Positions 11,616 to 22,134 are shown, numbered from the stretch's first letter. The stretch is 64,000 nucleotides of DNA from Candidatus Krumholzibacteriia bacterium (GCA_963836185.1 CAWIIQ010000001.1:736001-800000); one strand, 5' to 3'. Notes: generated by a model not told the origin, from the letters alone. Program-made: numbers and translations.

Positions 11616-12101
11616 TGAGTAATCCACTCGCAGACGATCATGCTCTATATCGATGGAAGCGAGTCGTCCATAACGGCGGCTCAGCTGGCGATATCGATGG
11701 CGAAGGAGTACGGCAGCACCCTGAGGGTGATGTACGTGGTCAACGAGAACCTCCTGACCGAGCTTCTCAAGGCGAAGATCTTCGTGCAGATGGAGAAGAT
11801 GGACTACGAGAGGGATCTCGAAGAGGACGGGAAGAGGTATCTCAACTATATCGTCAAGCTCGCCGACAGGAAGGGCCTTCAGATCGAGACGGTCCTGGGC
11901 AAAGGGGTCGTGCACGAAGAGGTCGCCCGCGAAGTGGATGACTGCTCCGCCGACCTGCTTATCCAGGGAGAACTCGGTGAGGTCCTGAGCCTGAGGGATT
12001 CGTTCTACGAGGAGGGCGAGAGGATACTGAGGAAGGTCAAGTGCCCCGTGATGGTAGTCCGGGGCAGGGACAGGATAGAGAGGATGTTTGACGACCTGTA
12101 G
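11615..12101 (+). CDS. Universal stress protein (apparent frameshift near 11630)
   Basis: 'IMLYIDGSESSITAA', 'ADLLIQG', 'ERILRKVKCPVMVV'. The ATG overlaps the ntpD stop (TGATG). Confidence 0.85.
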
Positions 12102-12110
12102 CCGCGGGTC

Positions 12111-12139
12111 TTGCCATCCGGACCGGGGTTGATTATGTT
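12111..12139 (+). promoter_or_regulatory. Putative sigma70 promoter upstream of the PTS EIIA gene
   Basis: TTGCCA-17 bp-TATGTT. Confidence 0.45.
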
Positions 12140-12188
12140 ACTCCATCTCGGAGACGTCCGGAGGATGCATCATGGGAGGCATATTGAG

Positions 12189-12654
12189 ATGAAGCTTACT
12201 GACTATATCGGACCCGAGCACATCAAGCTCGACCTCGAAGGATCCGACAAGCAGGAGGTCATCGAGGAACTCGTCGAGCACATGTCGGATCATTGCGACA
12301 ACTGCGACGCCGATACGATACTCGAGGCGGTCCTGGGCAGAGAACGCGACGGGAGCACCGGCCTGGAGAAAGGCATCGCGATACCGCACGCCAAGTGCGA
12401 CGCGGTCGACAGGCTCCGCATAGTTGTTGGAATATCGAAGGAAGGCGTAGATTTCGAGGCCCAGGACGGGCAGCCTTCGCATCTTTTCTTCATGATGATC
12501 GCGCCGACGACCGAGTCGGGACCTCACGTGCAGGCGATCGCGAAGATAGTCAAGATGATCAAGGTCCCCGGCTTCCGGGAGAAGCTCCTGAAGGCCGACA
12601 CGTCCCGAGCAGATCATCGAGGCGATGGAGCGGGTGGAGAACGGCGAGGAGTAG
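12189..12654 (+). CDS. PTS EIIA (PtsN/fructose-type) domain protein (frameshift near 12603)
   Basis: 'RERDGSTGLEKGIAIPHAK' with the phospho-His, and 'GVDFEAQDGQPSHLFF'. RBS GGGAGG lies before the ATG at 12189. Confidence 0.88.
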
Positions 12655-12716
12655 CCTGCCTTTCGCGGACGGCAGCCTCCCCTGTATCCGCGAGCCCGGT
12701 TCCATGGTGAACGCCA

Positions 12717-13463
12717 ATGACTGACAATCAGAAAAAACTCATCGGATATTTCGGGTTTCCCCGCAGGGGGCTTCTGCGCGAGGTGAGGGAGCGCTTCGGC
12801 GAGGACCTCCCGCTGGTCGACCTGGACGTCGCGGCGGACGCTCCCGATTCGGGACTTCTGCCGAGGGCGACATGCCGGATAATCGCGAATATCGTCGACA
12901 ACGCGGCGGAGCTTGGCGGACAGGCTTGCAGCCGTCGTAGCCGCGGTCGGCGAGGACAAGTGCGACCGCGGCAGGCACGCCGCGTGGATACTCAAGGAGT
13001 ATGGGCCTCGAGGTATTCGAGTCGAGGTTCCCCGAGGAGGAATTCGAGGAGCAGGGAACTCGTATGGTCGACGGGCAGGGGCCCGCTCCCGGACCGTATC
13101 GACAGGATGATGGAGACGATAGTCGATCCATCGCGACCCGCGATCCTCCGGAAAAATGTGAGCCTACACACGGCTTCTGGGGAGTTCCTCCGAACGATTT
13201 CAGGCTGCTCGAGCTCTTTCCCGAGACGACACACATATATGGCTGGATCAGGTGCGTGGAGGCGGGAAGGCCGGCCGATCTCGAACTCGAATGCATGGTC
13301 GATGAGTGCTATCCCGACGGTCTTCTTTCACCAGAGCTTCTGCGCCAAGCAGGACCTCGCCCACAATCTCGCCGAAAGGTACGGCGGGATAGCCGTCGAC
13401 TGCCACCGCGAGATAAACGACTCGATACTCGCGAAGGTCGAGGCGTTCATAAAGTTGTCATAG
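12717..13463 (+). CDS. Short 2-hydroxyacyl-CoA dehydratase (HgdB/BcrC-like) related protein (several frameshifts)
   Basis: Reconstructed from overlapping frames: Cys motifs 'TCRII', 'DKCDRG', 'QSFCAK' and the C-terminal 'VDC...INDSILAKVEAFIK' typical of the HGD-D family. Adjacent to an activase gene. Confidence 0.55.
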   Translation: MTDNQKKLIGYFGFPRRGLLREVRERFGEDLPLVDLDVAADAPDSGLLPRATCRIIANIVDNAAELGGQACSRRSRGRRGQVRPRQARRVDTQGVWASRYSSRGSPRRNSRSRELVWSTGRGPLPDRIDRMMETIVDPSRPAILRKNVSLHTASGEFLRTISGCSSSFPRRHTYMAGSGAWRREGRPISNSNAWSMSAIPTVFFHQSFCAKQDLAHNLAERYGGIAVDCHREINDSILAKVEAFIKLS

Positions 13464-13477
13464 GACGTGGACCACCG

Positions 13478-14212
13478 ATGCTCATCGCCGACTGCGGCAG
13501 CACATGGACGAAGATCCTCGATACCGGCTCAGGTGAGCTCGAGATCATCTCGACGAGTGAGCTGGTGCGGCGCGACGACCTCTTCTTCGAGGTCGCCACG
13601 GGGCACAGCGGCAAGAAGCGATGCAACAGGTACAAGAACGAACTGATCGCCCTGGCCGAGGGAAGCCTCGCTCTTGTCGATGAGGACGATTTCTCGATCG
13701 TCGACGTCGGCGGCAGGGATGTGAAGTTCGTACGGTTTGCCGGCCGCAAGGTGAAGAAGCTCGACTGGAACCTCGCCTGCGGCTCCTCGACAGGCGCGAC
13801 GATAGAACTGCTCGGCAGCTACTACGAGGTCGACTTCACATCGCTTCCCGCATCGGAGAAATGGATCAATGTCACCTGCGGCGTCTTCGGCATGGAAAAG
13901 GTGCTCGAGCACGTCTCCACGGGCACTCCGCCGGAGAAAGCGGTGGCGATGTTCCTGCACGGCATGGTCAGGAACGTCTTCGATTTCAGCGGCAGGCCGG
14001 AACATCTTTACCTCTCCGGGGGTTTCTGCGAAAATAAGTGCTTCCTGGAGACGATGGAGAAGTACTGCAGCGTAACAACGCTCGGCAGGACAGTGCCCCT
14101 GGAGGGACTTAAAGATGGGATTGAAGAAGATATAGAGCGCTTATTCTGGCGGCCGTCCTGGCCGTTTTATCGACAGCTGCGGCAAGAAGGTCGTCCTCAC
14201 CGATATCGATGA
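13478..14212 (+). CDS. BadF/BadG/BcrA/BcrD (CoA-substrate-specific enzyme activase) ASKHA ATPase; 3' end uncertain
   Basis: 'ADCGSTWTK', 'VDVGGRDVK', 'WNLACGSSTG', 'TCGVFG', 'LSGG'. Confidence 0.85.
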   Translation: MLIADCGSTWTKILDTGSGELEIISTSELVRRDDLFFEVATGHSGKKRCNRYKNELIALAEGSLALVDEDDFSIVDVGGRDVKFVRFAGRKVKKLDWNLACGSSTGATIELLGSYYEVDFTSLPASEKWINVTCGVFGMEKVLEHVSTGTPPEKAVAMFLHGMVRNVFDFSGRPEHLYLSGGFCENKCFLETMEKYCSVTTLGRTVPLEGLKDGIEEDIERLFWRPSWPFYRQLRQEGRPHRYR

Positions 14213-15918
14213 GGGGCAGTTCGTCCCGGGAGCCGGGATCGAGGCTGCGGCTACACTGATCGACGACCAGGAAGCATTGAAATCGCTCTTCAAGTGCTAT
14301 CCGCCCGACAGCGGCGTCGTGCCTGTCTACGTAACGGTAAAGAATGTCGACGACGAGCCGGTCCAGATCCACAACCTCAACTATCTTCCCCTCAACGATA
14401 CTTTCAGGGGATTCACGCTCGAGTTCGGTGATAACATCCTCGATCCGATCCATCCTCTCGAAGCGGTGATGTATATCAAGGGGAAGGCCAAGGTCCCCAA
14501 CTATAAGAAGATAGGTGCGGGCAACGTCGTCGCCGGCATCATCGTCTGGCCGCTCGGCATATACTATATCGTCAGGGGTGTCCAGTACTCGAGGGAGTAC
14601 AAGCCCATGCTTCGCAACTCGTTCTTTCCCCGCCGGGCCGCGGGGGAAACTTCGATCCGGTGACCCTGAAGCCGGGGGAGGTGAGATCGGGATTCATATA
14701 CTTTGCCCTCCTGCCGGAGGACAATCCGTATTACAGGGACGATGAGGATCTCGATGTCGACAGGCGCGGGAAGGAGAACGCCTTCCCTGAAGGTCAAGCG
14801 GAGCGGGATCATGAACCTGCAGTTGATAAACGTCAATCCCGGCAGTCAAAGCCTCCACTACCTGACTGCGAGATCCCCGTCGATTCGATGCTGACAGTGC
14901 GTGGATTGAAGCCGATGCGCAGCGAGGAAGGCAGTCCCCGCCGGCCATCTCTCCGGGGGATTTCTTCGCCCTCGTCGCCAATGAGGACCGCGAAACGAAA
15001 CTCGACCTGGTCACCGGCAGTTCGGAAGAAGTGTTCGAGAGCAGGTCGACAGGTGGATTTACCGTGATATCGGAGCTCAACGGCAAGAAGGCCGAACTCG
15101 TCGATGCCTCGAGGTGGGGGAACCGGGCCGTATGCGGGGTGAACTTCAAACAGAAATCGAGGATCTATCTCCTCGAATGGGTCGGACGGCAAGACCGGTA
15201 CTTATCGCCGAGGAGCAGTCTCGACAAGAAGATCATGCAGCGTCATCGCCGCGGAGGACGCGATATACGTCACTGACCGAAAACGGATTCTGCTATACAT
15301 TCGAATACGACGAGCTCAGGACAAAACGTTATGTCAATATGGGCAATCATGTCGATGATATCGTGATGACAGGCGGCAGGATCATCGCGTTCGGGAAGAA
15401 GTCGGTGATGGAGTACGAGATCAAGCCGGGGCACAATCCGGAGAAGATCGAGACAGTGCGGCATCTCTTCATCCGAGCAAGACAGACGCCGGCCTCGCCG
15501 GCGAGGGGATCGTCCTGAAGCACAAGGGCAGGGGGACGCACGGCGACACGCTTGTTCTCTACGATCCGGAAAGCCTCGAGGAAATCGTAAGGCAGCCCTT
15601 CCCCGGACGCATCGGGATCATGGACATGTCCGCCGACGGGGTCATCGTTCAGATGACGGGCGGCATGATAATGAGGATCGTCAGGCAGGAGGAAGAGTAC
15701 AGTACGTACGAGGCGGGATGGATACCCGTTCTCGCGACCGCTTCGGGCAGGTCGGTGGGATATCGTCACGCTCGTCTCCGATAAGAAGAGACTCTACTCC
15801 TTCAGGCTCGAAAGCATGGTGCCCGAGCCTCTCTACGAGGGAGGCGCTGTCTCCGTTCCGGTCGGGGTCGGAACTCCGTACGGCGAAGTCGAAAAAAAAG
15901 AAGAAGAGGAACAGATAG
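14116..15918 (+). CDS. Hypothetical lipoprotein, heavily frameshifted; boundaries approximate
   Basis: Signal-like 'RYRALILAAVLAVLS..SCGKK' followed by consecutive plus-strand coding fragments (14277..14663, 14660.., 15031.., 15114..). Confidence 0.4.
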
Positions 15919-15921
15919 CTC

Positions 15922-16522
15922 GATGGCGAAAGAAAAAGAAAAGCGGACATAGAGGCGCTTGATCGCGACATTCTCGGCGCATGTCAGCGAGAATTACCCC
16001 GCTCCCGAGGTATACCGGGAGAACCTCACCAGCATGCTCGCCGCCAAGAAGGAGCGGATGGAGAGCGGGGAATATGTCGCCTCCCTCGAGAGGAACCTCG
16101 TCTTTCTCAAGGACCTCGTGACCGAGGGGGAGGCGCTCCTCGAGTATCTTCTCGAACGGATCAATAACCCGGAGCCGACAGCGGAGAAGATAACCACGGC
16201 CCTCGGCGCCCTCGAGGAGAAGGTCAGGTCGGGGACGGCCGGAAGGGTCGAGCAGGTGCTCGGTGAGAGTGATGAGGACGACTTCAGGGAACTGACCGAA
16301 CTGCGCGGGAAGGACCAGGAGGCCTACACGGAGAAGCTCGAGTTTAACTACATATATTTCATGGCTTTCCGCATGCTCCTCTTCGAGTTTTTCGGGGTGC
16401 TGGCAGCCGTCAGGGCTGAATATGAGATCACGAATGCCGATGAGGCGGCAGTCGGTCTGATCCAGAGCAATATCGAGATGACGGCGAACTACTATCTCGG
16501 TAATATATCGTCGGCGAGGTAG
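15922..16522 (+). CDS. Hypothetical helical protein (frameshift at the N-terminus)
   Basis: ORF 15959..16522 has genome-typical codon usage; the likely ATG is at 15922. Confidence 0.6.
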
Positions 16523-16607
16523 TCGACGAAGATTCACCTTCCGCTTGAATTATCGGGCGGATTGGGATAGATTTCAGGGGTCACGAACAGAAATAAAGGA
16601 GAATGGT

Positions 16608-17167
16608 GTGATAAGCGGAAGAACAGCAGTATATACAGGAACGACCCATGACATGGCAGGCTCTCTCAGGCGCGTCGCCGGGATCGCCGCATTCGTTGGT
16701 CTTCACAGCCGTTGCCGCCCAGCTCGCGGTACGTCTTCCCTACACGCCTGTTCCCGTAACGATGCAGACGCTGTTCGTCCTGCTCGCCGGGATCGTCCTC
16801 GGACCGCGCGACGGTTTCTACGCAATGATCGCCTATATCGGGATCGGCATCGCCGGAGCGCCGGTATTCGCCGGCATGACATTCGGCCCGGCCGTACTGT
16901 TCGGCCCGACGGGCGGATACCTTCTCGCTTTCCCCGCAGCGGCGATGCTGACCGGCGCTGTCGCAAGGTCGCTCGGCGGCGGAAAACCCGCCGTACTTCT
17001 CGCTTCGCTGGCGGGATCGGCGACGATCCTCCTCGGAGGCACAGCTACCTCTGGCTGCTCAGCGGACAGTCGCTTTCAGCGGCGTGCTCGCGATGGCGGT
17101 CGTGCCGTTCATCCTCGCTGACCTGGTAAAGACGGCAGTCGCTGCGGTGATCCTCTCAGGAAAGTAG
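16608..17167 (+). CDS. bioY: BioY biotin transporter S-component (frameshifted)
   Basis: 'PYTPVPVTMQTLFVLLAG', 'GAPVFAG', 'FGPTGGYLLAF', 'VPFILADLVK'. Preceded by TTGAAT-17-TAGATT (16545-16573) and an AAGGAG RBS. Confidence 0.88.
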
Positions 17168-17172
17168 ATCCC

Positions 17173-18420
17173 TTGGAACTCGCGTTTCATCTCATGGCCA
17201 AACCGATAGGCCCGGTCTGTAACCTCCGCTGCGAGTACTGCTTCTATCTCGAAAAAGAGACCTTCTATCCAGACGGCGAGCAGTACCGCATGTCAGACGA
17301 GGTCCTCGAGGCATATATAAGACAGGTCGCCGAGGCCCACGCCGATATCCCCGAGCTCCTCTTTGCCTGGCAGGGAGGGGAGCCGACACTGCTCGGAATC
17401 GAGTTCTTCGAGAAGGCGCTCGAGCTCGAGAAGAAGTATGCGAAGGGTAAGCCCGTCCAGAATACACTCCAGACAAACGGTACGATGATCGACGATGACT
17501 GGTGCCGCTTCCTCAAGAAGAACAACTTTCTCGTGGGCCTGAGCCTCGACGGCCCCGAGGATCTCCACGACCGCTACAGGAGAGACGCCGGGGGAGAGGG
17601 GACGCACGCGAAGGTCATGCGGGCCCTGAATCTTATGAAAAAGCACGGCGTCGAGTTCAACGTCCTCGCCTGCGTGAACCGCGAGACGGCGAAGCGCCCT
17701 CTCGATGTCTATCACTGGTTCAAGGATAACGGTGTGGAGTTCATCCAGTTCATCCCGATAGTCGAGCTCGCGCCGAATGCGGAGACCTCGGAGCTCGGCC
17801 TGCAGCTCGGCGTGCCGTCAGGTCCCGCCGATACAGGGCAGCCGGTCACCGAATGGACCGTCGAACCCGAGGATTACGGGGACTTCCTCAACACGATCTT
17901 CGACGAGTGGGTGCGAAACGATGTCGGCTCGGTATTCGTGATGAACTATGAATGGGCACTTGTCTCGTACATAGGCCTCCAGATGCCCGCCTGTTTCTTC
18001 TCGCCGGAGTGCGGCAATGCGGGGATCATCGAGCACAACGGGGATATATATTCGTGCGACCATTTCATGTACCCGCGGTACCTCCTGGGAAATGTCCTTA
18101 AAGACGACCTCTCGAAGATGATGTCCTCACCTCTTCAGAAGGAGTTCGGCGCCGACAAGGGCAAACTTCCCCGGTACTGCCTCGAGTGCAGGGTCCTCAA
18201 GGCATGTTACGGCGAGTGCCCCAAGCACAGGTTCGCCGTGACGCCTGACGGCGAGCCCGGCCTGAATTATCTCTGCGCCGGATACAAGAAGTACTTCGAA
18301 CACGTCCTTCCCTATCTCAAGGCGATGACCGACCTGCTGAACGCCGGGAAACCGGTATCGGATATAATGGACCAGACGATAATCGTGCTGCCTCGAAGAG
18401 GCGATAGCCCGCATGGGTAA
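17173..18420 (+). CDS. Anaerobic sulfatase maturase (radical SAM/SPASM), copy 1
   Basis: 'AKPIGPVCNLRCEYCFY', 'WQGGEPTL', 'EHNGDIYSCDH', 'C..C.....C.GECPKHR', 'LNYLC.GYK'. Confidence 0.93.
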   Translation: MELAFHLMAKPIGPVCNLRCEYCFYLEKETFYPDGEQYRMSDEVLEAYIRQVAEAHADIPELLFAWQGGEPTLLGIEFFEKALELEKKYAKGKPVQNTLQTNGTMIDDDWCRFLKKNNFLVGLSLDGPEDLHDRYRRDAGGEGTHAKVMRALNLMKKHGVEFNVLACVNRETAKRPLDVYHWFKDNGVEFIQFIPIVELAPNAETSELGLQLGVPSGPADTGQPVTEWTVEPEDYGDFLNTIFDEWVRNDVGSVFVMNYEWALVSYIGLQMPACFFSPECGNAGIIEHNGDIYSCDHFMYPRYLLGNVLKDDLSKMMSSPLQKEFGADKGKLPRYCLECRVLKACYGECPKHRFAVTPDGEPGLNYLCAGYKKYFEHVLPYLKAMTDLLNAGKPVSDIMDQTIIVLPRRGDSPHG

Positions 18421-18425
18421 AACAG

Positions 18426-19688
18426 ATGGATCCAGTCAAAAAAAAGCGCCTTTTCAGGGGTAAGCCTGTAATCAGGATGCACGCGATGGCGAAGCCCCTC
18501 GGGCCGGTCTGCAATCTCGACTGCGATTACTGTTTCTATCTCAGTAAGGAAAAACTCCTCTCCACAGACACACAGTGGCGCATGAGCGACGAGGTCCTCG
18601 AGTCGTTTATCCGGCAATACATCGAGGGACAGAACTACAAGGAGGTCGTTTTCTCGTGGCAGGGGGGAGAACCTACCCTTCTCGGACTCGATTTCCTATA
18701 CAGGGTCGTCGAACTGCAGAAGAAATACGCTCCGTCATGGATGAGGATCGAGAACGACCTTCAGACCAACGGCACCCTTCTTGACGACGACTGGTGCGGA
18801 TTCCTGGCGGAGAATGACTTTCTTGTCGGGTTGAGCATAGACGGCCCGAAGGAACTCCATGATCACTACCGCACATACAAGGATGGGCGAGGCACCTTCG
18901 ATGATGTATTCCGCGCATCGAAACTCCTGAGAAAGCACAAAGCGAGGTTCGCGACACTGAGCTGCGTCAATCACGTTACAGGAAAGCATCCGCTCGAGGT
19001 CTACCGTTTCCTGCGTGACGAAGTAGGTCCTGAACGGATGCAGTTCATACCGATAGTCGAACCGAGGATCTTCCGCGAGACGGCGCCGCAGAGATGGCCC
19101 GATTTCCTCGTTCCGGACATGGACGATCCCCGGGCGAGGCCGGGAACACCCGAATCCGTCGTGGAGGACTGGTGCGTCGATCCTGACGACTATGGTGATT
19201 TTCTCATCGCGATATTCGATGAATGGCGCACCAATGATATCGGAAGGCATTTCGTCACATTCTTTGAATCGGCAGTGGCACAGTGGATGGGAAAGATATC
19301 CCCTCTCTGCATCTTCGGGCCGATCTGCGGGAAGGGCGTCGCGATCGAGCACGATGGAAGCGTCTACTCATGCGATCACTACGTATACCCGGAGTACAAA
19401 CTGGGCAGCATCCGCGATGAATCGATCGACCGGATGGTCCTCTCCGAAAAACAGGAAGCTTTTGGATACGCGAAGGATATGTCCCTGCCGGGGCAGTGCC
19501 GCCGGTGCGACTACCTCTTTGCGTGCGCCGGTGAGTGCCCGAAGAACAGGTTCATACGGACCCCGGAAGGTGAGCGGGGCCTGAACTATCTCTGCTCAGG
19601 CCTGAAAAAGTACTTCAGGCATATCGATCCGCACGTCCGAAAGATTATACGCGATATGGGCCGGGAACCTGTCGAGGGAGTTGTGTGA
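18426..19688 (+). CDS. Anaerobic sulfatase maturase (radical SAM/SPASM), copy 2
   Basis: 'AKPLGPVCNLDCDYCFY', 'WQGGEPTL', 'EHDGSVYSCDH', 'CAGECPKNR', 'LNYLCSG'. Confidence 0.93.
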   Translation: MDPVKKKRLFRGKPVIRMHAMAKPLGPVCNLDCDYCFYLSKEKLLSTDTQWRMSDEVLESFIRQYIEGQNYKEVVFSWQGGEPTLLGLDFLYRVVELQKKYAPSWMRIENDLQTNGTLLDDDWCGFLAENDFLVGLSIDGPKELHDHYRTYKDGRGTFDDVFRASKLLRKHKARFATLSCVNHVTGKHPLEVYRFLRDEVGPERMQFIPIVEPRIFRETAPQRWPDFLVPDMDDPRARPGTPESVVEDWCVDPDDYGDFLIAIFDEWRTNDIGRHFVTFFESAVAQWMGKISPLCIFGPICGKGVAIEHDGSVYSCDHYVYPEYKLGSIRDESIDRMVLSEKQEAFGYAKDMSLPGQCRRCDYLFACAGECPKNRFIRTPEGERGLNYLCSGLKKYFRHIDPHVRKIIRDMGREPVEGVV

Positions 19689-19692
19689 TCCG

Positions 19693-20454
19693 ATGAAGGT
19701 GACCATAAGTGATACAGGGGACCACAGGAGGCAGGCCCGTATCGAGGCCGGGTGGGAGGATGTCCGGAAGGATTACGATGATCTTCTGGCCGAATACTCG
19801 ATGCTGCCCGTTCCGGGATTCAGGCCGGGGAAGGCCCCGAAATCGATGGTGGAGAAGCACTACAAGAGCCCGCTGCTCGAAGATACAGGCGCCAGGAGTG
19901 TGCGCCGGTTGAGCAGGATGGCCCTGGAGAAGGAGGGAGTCGAGGTCACCGGCCCGATCTCGATCACAGATATCTCTATTGAACAGGGAGAGACGCTCAG
20001 TTTCACGGCGGAATTCACCGAACTGCCCCGGTTCGATCTGCCCAGGTACGATTCGCTGAGACTGCTGGCTGATTCAGACGAAGGGTGGCGCGACGAGATA
20101 TCGCTTTGGCTGCTTGAAAATACAGCAATCGATATACCGGACGAGATGGTCAGGGAGGAACTCCTGTTCGGAGGAGATGACCGCTCAGGGCCCGGAGATG
20201 AAGAGTGGAAAGCCGCTGCGAACAGGATCAAGCTTCTTATGATCCTGGGAGAGATCGCCGGCAGGGACGGCATAGAGGTAGATGACAGGGAGATGGATGA
20301 ACGGATCGAGCAGATCGCCCTGGCGCAGGAGATGGATGTCTCATCGCTGAGGAAGTTCATGCTGCGAAACGGTAGCATGTCGAGGCTTTCTGGATTCATC
20401 CTGGCCGAGAAGACGCTGGATTACCTGATTGACATAAACAGGGATAGTGCGTGA
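19693..20454 (+). CDS. Trigger-factor-like protein (N domain plus partial C domain, no FKBP/PPIase domain)
   Basis: Ribosome-binding signature 'VPGFRPGKAP'. C-domain-like 'IDIPDEMVREE', 'LILGEIAGRDGIEVDD.E', 'EKTLDYL'. About 253 aa. Confidence 0.8.
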   Translation: MKVTISDTGDHRRQARIEAGWEDVRKDYDDLLAEYSMLPVPGFRPGKAPKSMVEKHYKSPLLEDTGARSVRRLSRMALEKEGVEVTGPISITDISIEQGETLSFTAEFTELPRFDLPRYDSLRLLADSDEGWRDEISLWLLENTAIDIPDEMVREELLFGGDDRSGPGDEEWKAAANRIKLLMILGEIAGRDGIEVDDREMDERIEQIALAQEMDVSSLRKFMLRNGSMSRLSGFILAEKTLDYLIDINRDSA

Positions 20455-20547
20455 TAATGATTTTCAGTTAATCAAAAAGAACAACAGAGAGAGTATTGGA
20501 ATATATGGATTTCTATTCCATACAGAATTTAAGAAGAGGAGGAAGCG

Positions 20548-22134
20548 ATGAGAAGAAAGCATGACCTGAAGAGCGTCGGCACCTGGGCGATGGTGGGGAC
20601 CGTCCTCGCCACAGCCTCGATACTGGCGGCGTCTCCTCAGAAGGCAAAGGCGGAGAATCCGCCTGCGGCGAAAAAGCCGAACATCCTTGTTATCTGGGGT
20701 GACGATATCGGCCGCAGCAATATCAGCGCCTACACCTTCGGGATGATGGGATACCATACCCCGAACATCGACAGGATCGCCAGGGAAGGGATGATGTTCA
20801 CCGATTATTACGCCGAGCAGAGCTCCACGGCGGGCCGTTCGTCGTTTATAACCGGTCAGAGCGTATTTCGCACCGGCCTGAGCAAGGTCGGGCTTCCCGG
20901 CGCGAAAGAGGGGCTCAGCGAGGAAGATCCCACAATCGCTACGCTGCTGAAGGATATGGGCTACGCGACGGGGCAGTTCGGCAAGAACCATCTCGGCGAC
21001 CGTGACGAGCACCTGCCGACAAACCACGGGTTCGACGAGTTCTTAGGCAACCTCTACCACCTGAACGCGGAAGAGGAACCGGAGAATGAGGATTACCCCA
21101 AGGATCCCGCATTCCGGGAGGAATTCGGGCCGCGGGGTGTCATCCACTCCTGGGCCGGCGGCAAGATCGAGGACACCGGGCCGCTGACGAAGAAACGGAT
21201 GGAGACTATAGACGAGGAGACAGTGGAGGCGGCGCTCAGATTCATCGATGACGCGAACAAGGAGGGTACGCCTTTCTTTGTCTGGTGGAACGGGACGCGG
21301 ATGCACTTCCGCACACATGTAAAGGCTGAACACCGGGGTATTTCCGGGCAGGACGAGTACAGCGACGGCATGGTCGAGCACGATATGCAGGTCGGACAGC
21401 TGCTCGAAAAGCTCGATGAACTAGGCATCGCTGACAATACCATCGTCTTGTACAGCACGGACAACGGGCCGCACTACAACACCTGGCCCGACGCGGCGAG
21501 TACCCCTTTCCGTGGCGAGAAGAACACGAACTGGGAAGGCGGCTGGCGAGTACCGGCAATGGTACGCTGGCCCGGACATATCGAGGCAGGCACTGTCAGC
21601 AATGAGATCGTCAGCGGAATGGACTGGCTCCCGACCTTCGTGGCCGCGGCCGGGAATGCCGAGGTCAAGGATGAACTGCTGAAGGGCGTGAAGGCGAACG
21701 GCAGGAAATACAAGGTCCATCTCGACGGATACAATATTCTGCCGATGCTGACCGGAGAGGTCAAAGAGAGCCCCCGACACGAGATCTTCTATTTCTCGGA
21801 CGACGGCGACCTGACAGCACTGCGCTACGATGACTGGAAGCTCATCTTCATGGAGCAGCGGGTGGAAGCTACGTTCCAGGCCTGGATGGAACCATTCGTT
21901 CCGTTGCGGCTGCCGTTGATATTCAACCTGCGCCGCGATCCTTACGAGCGGGCCCAGGTGACATCGAACACATATTACGACTGGCTGCTCGACCGTGTCT
22001 TCCTGATGGTCCCTGCCCAGAAATTCGTCGGGGAATTCCTGGCGACATTCAAGGAGTTCCCGCCGCGCCAGAAGGCGGCGAGCTTCAGCCTCGAAAAGGT
22101 GATGAACGAGCTGTCGGAGGGTGCCACCCACTGA
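20548..22134 (+). CDS. Secreted arylsulfatase, Ser-type
   Basis: Signal peptide, 'KPNILVIWGDDIG', 'EQSSTAGR' (S-x-A-x-R), 'GKNHLG', 'STDNG', 'RGEKNTNWEGGWRVP'. Confidence 0.93.
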   Translation: MRRKHDLKSVGTWAMVGTVLATASILAASPQKAKAENPPAAKKPNILVIWGDDIGRSNISAYTFGMMGYHTPNIDRIAREGMMFTDYYAEQSSTAGRSSFITGQSVFRTGLSKVGLPGAKEGLSEEDPTIATLLKDMGYATGQFGKNHLGDRDEHLPTNHGFDEFLGNLYHLNAEEEPENEDYPKDPAFREEFGPRGVIHSWAGGKIEDTGPLTKKRMETIDEETVEAALRFIDDANKEGTPFFVWWNGTRMHFRTHVKAEHRGISGQDEYSDGMVEHDMQVGQLLEKLDELGIADNTIVLYSTDNGPHYNTWPDAASTPFRGEKNTNWEGGWRVPAMVRWPGHIEAGTVSNEIVSGMDWLPTFVAAAGNAEVKDELLKGVKANGRKYKVHLDGYNILPMLTGEVKESPRHEIFYFSDDGDLTALRYDDWKLIFMEQRVEATFQAWMEPFVPLRLPLIFNLRRDPYERAQVTSNTYYDWLLDRVFLMVPAQKFVGEFLATFKEFPPRQKAASFSLEKVMNELSEGATH

